DNA of 63,610 nucleotides, filler included, from Piptocephalis cylindrospora (lineage: Eukaryota), in the NCBI GenBank assembly GCA_003614145.1. It is 3 parts of 3 records of this genome, joined end to end, with 100 filler letters (N's around TTAATTAATTAA, not from the genome) between each part and the next. Parts side by side here need not be neighbours in the genome. Positions count along the whole stretch, not along the records: positions 42,557 to 63,610 come from KZ987810.1; 2 more parts are not named here. One strand, written 5' to 3'. This document shows, piece after piece, positions 58,028 through 63,610 of this stretch. The stretch's first letter is position 1; the number at the start of each line of letters is the position of its first letter. Position numbers and translations under genes: made by a program. A model generated the notes under the pieces. It was not told the origin of the DNA. It ran no database searches and saw only the letters and a program-made list of their open reading frames with translations.

Positions 58028-59647
58028 ATGGCTTATCACGCAGGAGCTTACGGAATGGCCGGTGGGTATCAACAGGCTGGTGGGGTCTACGACGCAACCG
58101 CCGATACCAGAAGCTCCCTGTGGATGGGAGAGATTGAGGCACCATTAGACGAAACCTTTCTCACTACTCTTATCCCTACTCTGGTTACGGGGCCGGTAAG
58201 GGTAAAGATGATCCGGGATAGGAACACAGGAAACCTGGCCAACTACTGTTTCCTTGATTTTCGGGATCATGCCACGGCTGAAGCTGCTCTCACTTCCCTG
58301 AACGGGACCCTTATCCCCAATGCGGGAGGCAAGATCTTTCGGCTGAACTGGGCCAACGGAGGAAGTGGAGGGGGGGGAGGAGGAGGCAGCGGGGGAGGGG
58401 GAGGGGTAGCAGCACCACTAACTGGGGCGGTGGGGGCAGCAGCGGCTGCTTTGTCGGCCGCTGGAGGTATGGCAGCAGCTGCATTGGGTCCAGGTATGGC
58501 AGCTCCCCCTTCTAATTCCAATATTGGGCTGTACAACCAGGCCATCGTGGCTGCTCGGGCCAACATGCCCGGATCCGATCAGGAGTACTCGGTCTTTGTC
58601 GGAGATCTAGGCCCCGAGGTAACAGAAGAGATGCTCTTGGGCTTCTTTGTCCAGTACTTTGGCTCGGTGAAGGGTGTCAAGCTCCTCATGGATCCGGCTA
58701 CCGGTCAGAGCAAGGGCTATGGCTTTGTCCGCTTCTATGATGAGTCTGATCAACAACGAGCCCTGTCCGAGATGCCCGGACAATACTGCGGATCCCGTGC
58801 CATTCGCGTATCCACGGCCACTCCTCGTCAAAAACCAGGTTTTGTTGGCGGGGGAGGGCCCGGAGCCGGTCAGGCATGGGGAGGAGGAGCTGGAGGCCAA
58901 GCATGGGGAGGAGCCGGAGGTCAGACTTGGGGGGCAGGAGCTGGGGGTCAGGCTTGGGGGGCAGGAGCTGGAGCAGGGGTCCAGGGGCAGATGGGGGCTA
59001 ACCAAGGCATTGACCCTACCGGGGCCTCTGATCCAAAGCAAACCACCCTTTTTGTGGGCAATATTTACGGGGTAGATGGGGAGGACCAGCTTCGAAGCCA
59101 CTTTGCCCCGTATGGCGAGATTGTCTCGATCAAGCTGTTGCCTGAAAGAGCCATTGCCTTTGTCGAGTACGCTAATCGAACCCAGGCAGAACAGGCCATG
59201 GCTGCCTTGAATGGCTCCCAAATTGGATCTCAATCTATCCGCCTTTCCTGGGGCCGAGGGTCTAATGGGCCTGCAATCGGTAGCCCTGCAACTGGGGGTG
59301 GGGGCGGTGCCTTTTCCCCTTCCGCTGGAGGGTCAGGTTTTCAAGGTGGGATGGCAGGTTCTCGGGGCGGCTTTGGCCGGGGTGCACCCTATTACTCAGG
59401 GGCTCGAACCTTCTCTAACGGCGGTGGACCAGGATTTAACCAGCAGCAAGGTCACTTCCCTCGGGGCGGTGGAGCTGGACCCGAAGCGATGAATGGACCC
59501 ACAGGTCGGATGATGGGCGGAGGGACTCCTCCCATGCCTCCACGAGATCCTCGGGAGTGTGAATCGATCGACTCGGCCAACTCCCGCTTTATCAGGGAGC
59601 AGGAGAAGGACATGGCTTTTTTCGATTCGGTCCTTGGCATTTCTTGA
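58028..59647 (+). CDS. Three-RRM RNA-binding protein, Nam8/Ngr1/Csx1/TRNAU1AP family
   Basis: SLWMGEI, FRLNWA, EYSVFVGDLGPEV, SKGYGFVRF, AIRVSTATP, TTLFVG and IRLSWGR, with Gly-rich linkers. Confidence 0.9.
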   Translation: MAYHAGAYGMAGGYQQAGGVYDATADTRSSLWMGEIEAPLDETFLTTLIPTLVTGPVRVKMIRDRNTGNLANYCFLDFRDHATAEAALTSLNGTLIPNAGGKIFRLNWANGGSGGGGGGGSGGGGGVAAPLTGAVGAAAAALSAAGGMAAAALGPGMAAPPSNSNIGLYNQAIVAARANMPGSDQEYSVFVGDLGPEVTEEMLLGFFVQYFGSVKGVKLLMDPATGQSKGYGFVRFYDESDQQRALSEMPGQYCGSRAIRVSTATPRQKPGFVGGGGPGAGQAWGGGAGGQAWGGAGGQTWGAGAGGQAWGAGAGAGVQGQMGANQGIDPTGASDPKQTTLFVGNIYGVDGEDQLRSHFAPYGEIVSIKLLPERAIAFVEYANRTQAEQAMAALNGSQIGSQSIRLSWGRGSNGPAIGSPATGGGGGAFSPSAGGSGFQGGMAGSRGGFGRGAPYYSGARTFSNGGGPGFNQQQGHFPRGGGAGPEAMNGPTGRMMGGGTPPMPPRDPRECESIDSANSRFIREQEKDMAFFDSVLGIS

Positions 59648-60254
59648 GAATATCAGTACTGTCCTACTGTGAGTGACATTGTTGGTATCCGTGTTGTTAA
59701 AAGGTCATTTCATTGTTTCAATCATGGTGCATGCTGATCATTGCCTACAAGAAGACATTCATCTGGTGACTTTTTTTGTTCAGTGATTGCACTGACAATG
59801 CTATAGTCAGTGCTCAAATTTATTTATTTCCTACAATCCCCCTATCTCTCGTCAGTGGCCGATCGAGACCGATCTCGTCGCTTTTCCTTTTTTACGAGAA
59901 ATGGACGTGTGCATGCCATATGGGGTCAATACTGATACGATATTACATGTCAGATCCTACAGGGCGATGCTTATAGTTGCACCACAGCCTTGACCTCATC
60001 TTTGTATACGCTCGGTCATGAGACATGGCCATTCAAGATCTATGTACTGGTGTGAGGAGTGGCGTGTGACATTGAGAATGACTTGATAATTGGTGTACGT
60101 GTGTGTATGTATGTGTGTGAAAGGTTACCCAAAATGAAACAGAGATAGAGGAGCACTATAAATAAAGAGGTTGACGTGTCGTCGATAAAGAATGATACTT
60201 TATCCATACAGCCCCCACTTTCCTTTCACTTGCGCCTACATTGATATTCATACC

Positions 60255-60872
60255 ATGCCCGAGGAAAAGCAAGCATTCACCCCGTCCGTGCCAAAGGGTA
60301 AAGGAGCCGAAAGAGAAGTCCATTCGGCCTCTCCGGCCCCCGTGAGAAAAGGAAAATCTGGGGTGTACGCCAGTACAAGCACCCCATCTTACCCCCACTC
60401 TGTGGCTCATTTAGGCTTGGTAGGATTTGCAAAGGATTCGGCTCATACGTTGTCGAATTATGTTCGAGAACGAAGAAGGTCCTGGGATGGGGGAGGAAGG
60501 GTAGATGATCTTTCTTCTACAAGACAGGGGGAGATCATTCCATCCTCCTCACCTGTTGGACCCATTCGGCCGAAAAAACGACAAAACAGGATGGATGAAG
60601 CAGAGAGTAGGCTATTGAATAGGAAAGGGCGTAAGATACAGAATCGAACAAGGGATGATGAGTCCGGGGAGGAGGCTGAGCACAACTTTCCTCGTATTGC
60701 CTTTGACCAAGACTATCTTCGAGCACGTGAGGCCATGCTGACCCATCGACGGGGATCTCATCCTTTTACCCTTTTTGGTCATCCGATGGGGAGTGGAGAT
60801 GAATTGGAGGGTAATGGAGAAGATAAAATCTTAAGGAATTGGAAGGGAGAAGGGGCCAAGGAAGAGAAGTGA
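60255..60872 (+). CDS. Hypothetical disordered protein
   Basis: ORF of about 205 aa with charged, low-complexity composition. No recognised motif. Confidence 0.45.
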   Translation: MPEEKQAFTPSVPKGKGAEREVHSASPAPVRKGKSGVYASTSTPSYPHSVAHLGLVGFAKDSAHTLSNYVRERRRSWDGGGRVDDLSSTRQGEIIPSSSPVGPIRPKKRQNRMDEAESRLLNRKGRKIQNRTRDDESGEEAEHNFPRIAFDQDYLRAREAMLTHRRGSHPFTLFGHPMGSGDELEGNGEDKILRNWKGEGAKEEK

Positions 60873-60985
60873 CCGGAGGGAAGAACTGGGTGTAAGACGG
60901 TCAAGAGAAACATGATGTGTTCATTTTATTTTGATTATATATTATTAGTATTGATAGAAATGGGAAAAAGGAGCATGCGCTAGGT

Positions 60986-62083
60986 CTAGCTGGACGCATA
61001 TTGAAGATAAGGAGATGTATGAGCCAAGGGAGAGGAAAGAAGATGGGGTAGGCCCCAGGAGAAGAAGAGGATGGGGCCTAGGAGAAATAGAGATAGGATG
61101 ACTGTAGGGGGCGGGGTGGTGTGAGTCAATGATGATGGCAGTCAGCTCGAGGATGAGACTCGTCTTCCCGTACCCAAAGCATGGGCCTTACATGGTCTTA
61201 ATTTAGGAAACCTGGTAGATTCACCGGGATCTGGAAAGCCTAGAATGTTGGCCAGAGTATGGCACAAGATGGGGCCATAGAGGGATCCCGTGTAGATGAG
61301 GGAGGCGGCCTCGTAAAGACCAAAGACGTACGTGTAGGAGAACTGAAAGGCAGATCGGATGATGGCCGTTTTCAAGGCATCTGCCGTCCTCCCTCCCTGG
61401 ACATAGGATTCCCGGGCATGGTGTAGATGGGCAAAGCCAAAAAAGAGCGGGGAGATGAGGATGAGGGTAAGGGGGCTCATCCCGGCTAGGGTCAGGGGAA
61501 GGAGGATGCAAGAGCGAAAGACCACCTCCTCCGTCACTGGCCCTACCACATACGTCCTCCATCCTGCTACGCTAGTCATGGTCTCCATAACGTCTTTTTT
61601 CCAGCAAAGATGTGGAAGATAAAGGAGCTCTAGGAGAATGGGTCCGGCAAAGAGGATGGCCATGACTCCTAGAGGGAGTAAGACACGATGAAGGAGATTG
61701 GACATATCCAAGTCCAGGCCCAGATGGGATAATATAGGCCAAGGATCCTCCTCCTGAGTTTGATGGATGATAAGTATGGGAGAGAGAAAGAGGGGGGGTC
61801 AAAGACGGAGAGAGTAGCTCTCCAGATCTCGTCTTACCGTGGCATGTATCCCCACGGCGGAAATAAGTACACTAGCCGCCCCAATAGACACACATGTCGA
61901 TACGACTACACAAAGGATACGTCGACGGATTACCTCAGGATGCTCCCGGGAAAGACGAAGAAGCCTCGGGGAAAATAGGACATAAAAGGGAGCGACGTAT
62001 CCAATGGCAAACACCATGGCCAACACCATGGCCGTGGTCGGGTCCAGTTGTGTAGTCCTGAACTTGGAGGATTGCGGGAGCAT
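60986..62083 (-). CDS. RCE1: CAAX prenyl protease 2 (Rce1), 3 exons
   Basis: RTYVVGPVTEEVVFR, FFGFAHLHH, FQFSYTYVFG and HTLANILGFP. Confidence 0.93.
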
Positions 62084-62571
62084 GCCTAGCAGATGTCGGT
62101 CTGGTGGAATGGACGATAATGGGGGAAACAAAGATGACTGAAAGAGCTTTCGCACAGGTCTTGATAGAGATCAAGGCAAGTCATATAAATCATGTACATG
62201 ACGTGTGGGTACGAGGTGCTGTGTATATAGCATGCCCGATCTGTAGTGTGTGGTGTGTATGTGTGTATGTATGTATGTATGTATGTGTGTATGTATGGGT
62301 GAGCAGGATGGCTGAAGAAACGCGCCTATTTCTCTGCCAGTTCTCAGTGCATGTCAGGACTCGAGTTGTCCATAGACGAGGAGCATCATGAACAGAACAT
62401 CTACCATTGCCAGGATGGTTCTTTCATAAAGAGCTGCAAGGTGACCTGAATAAACCAGAAAATGGATCATTCTTTCACACTTGGCTATCCATTGGTACTG
62501 AATCACTTTCTACAGTAGAAGGGCTGGGGGGATGCACCTCGTCGATCATACTCGGACTTATCCTCGCCTCC

Positions 62572-63521
62572 CTAAGAAGACGACGGAGAGTCGCTTGGGG
62601 TGATGGCCGGGGCAAGAGAAACCGATTCTGAGATGAGGCCGTACTTTTTAGAGAGTTTCATGAACCGATCATACAGGTACGTTTCACTCTAGAGTGAGAA
62701 GGGATGAGTGTCAAGGATATACTCGTAGACTCGGTCTCTTCCCCTACAACTTTGTCGCATACCTCAAAGCTGTCGAAAACTTCCCGATGAGCATACCAAG
62801 CATGGGCAAAGAGACGGTACAACCGACGGGAAATGGATTGAAAGTGCTTGAGGGAGGAAGGTTGGATGGAGAGTCTTGAGGGAGGAGGAGAGTGTGGGAT
62901 ACTATGTGAGGATACACGATCTCTACACGCCGCTTCAAAAAAGAGCCTACCGGCTTGGAAAATATTTGTTGCTGTTTAGGAGCGAGGTAGCTCCATCCAA
63001 CGTATGAAGGGTATAGTCAATGGCACAGCACTAGAAGCACGATGGTGTGGAGAGGAGGGAATGAGCGATCAGAGGGCTCATGGGCCCGATTTTCCTCCTA
63101 ATTTCACGCGAATCCCACGGGGACTTACGGGCTGAGGGTGGGAATGAGCAGCACAGAGGTAAATCCAATCTCCTGCTTTCATCTCTGGACATGTATGGAC
63201 CGTGCACTCGGGCACCAACTGGACCACCAGACAGTGGAGCTCTTGACACACAGCCCGAAGATGTTCATACTGCCACACCTCTGGATCCTGATCTTCAGGG
63301 AGCTGGATATGCCTTTCCACACCAGAAGGATCGGTGCGGACGAGCTCCTGCAAATATTCTTGCAGGGCAAAAGGCGAATCCAGCTCCGAGAAGGACTGTT
63401 CGGGCCAGCTGTACAGATCCTGTCCCTGTGTCCCCACACGATTCCGACGGAGGGGCCTTTCCTGCAGGAGGGTTTCCTGAGTATCTGGTGTATTTGTTGT
63501 GGACGCAGCTGTGGTGGTCAT
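62572..63521 (-). CDS. MOB4: MOB4/phocein (STRIPAK subunit), multi-exon
   Basis: VWQYEHLR, CPEMKA..WIYLCAAH, CCAIDY..HTLD, KYFPSR and RRLYRLFAHAW. Confidence 0.92.
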
Positions 63522-63531
63522 CTGGGACGGT

Positions 63532-63534
<3 letters not shown>

Positions 63535-63574
<40 letters not shown>
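63535..63574. repeat. 40-nt poly-G run at the scaffold end
   Basis: Homopolymer followed by low-complexity G-rich sequence. Its length is unreliable. Confidence 0.8.
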
Positions 63575-63575
<1 letters not shown>

Positions 63576-63610
63576 GTGTTGGGCGGGGGGGCCGGGGTGG
63601 GTTTGTGCGT

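Noticed and set aside
63535..63610. G-rich end as a telomere or G-quadruplex element
   Set aside because: There is no regular repeat unit. A homopolymer at a scaffold end is probably low-quality sequence.

Overview
This is a gene-dense, intron-containing eukaryotic (fungal) scaffold with about 30 protein-coding genes and short GT-AG introns. I infer an early-diverging, non-Dikarya fungus, possibly Zoopagomycota. It was probably assembled from amplified single-cell DNA: it has two 100-nt N gaps carrying an artificial TTAATTAATTAA linker, exact 55-bp contig-end duplications and one inversion chimera. Most genes are housekeeping (RanGAP, Rad17, Vps24, Cwc15, Cwc22, PGM, CBP80, WDR24, Rce1, Mob4, two mitoribosomal proteins). 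The most interesting signals are mostly outside the ORF track. (1) An intronless class II (Leu/Ser-body) tRNA carries a UAU (Ile) anticodon and is followed by two decayed tandem copies of itself (18.5-18.8 kb). (2) A roughly 275-nt structured RNA between FSH1 and CWC22 looks like a non-canonical SRP RNA. (3) A CMTR1-type cap 2'-O-methyltransferase has an intact K-D-K-E tetrad. (4) A foldback region at the scaffold start has four diverged motif copies and a 24-aa CAAX-ending ORF. (5) Two secreted tyrosinase paralogs are divergently transcribed. All exon boundaries, alignments and RNA folds were worked out by eye; no database search was run.
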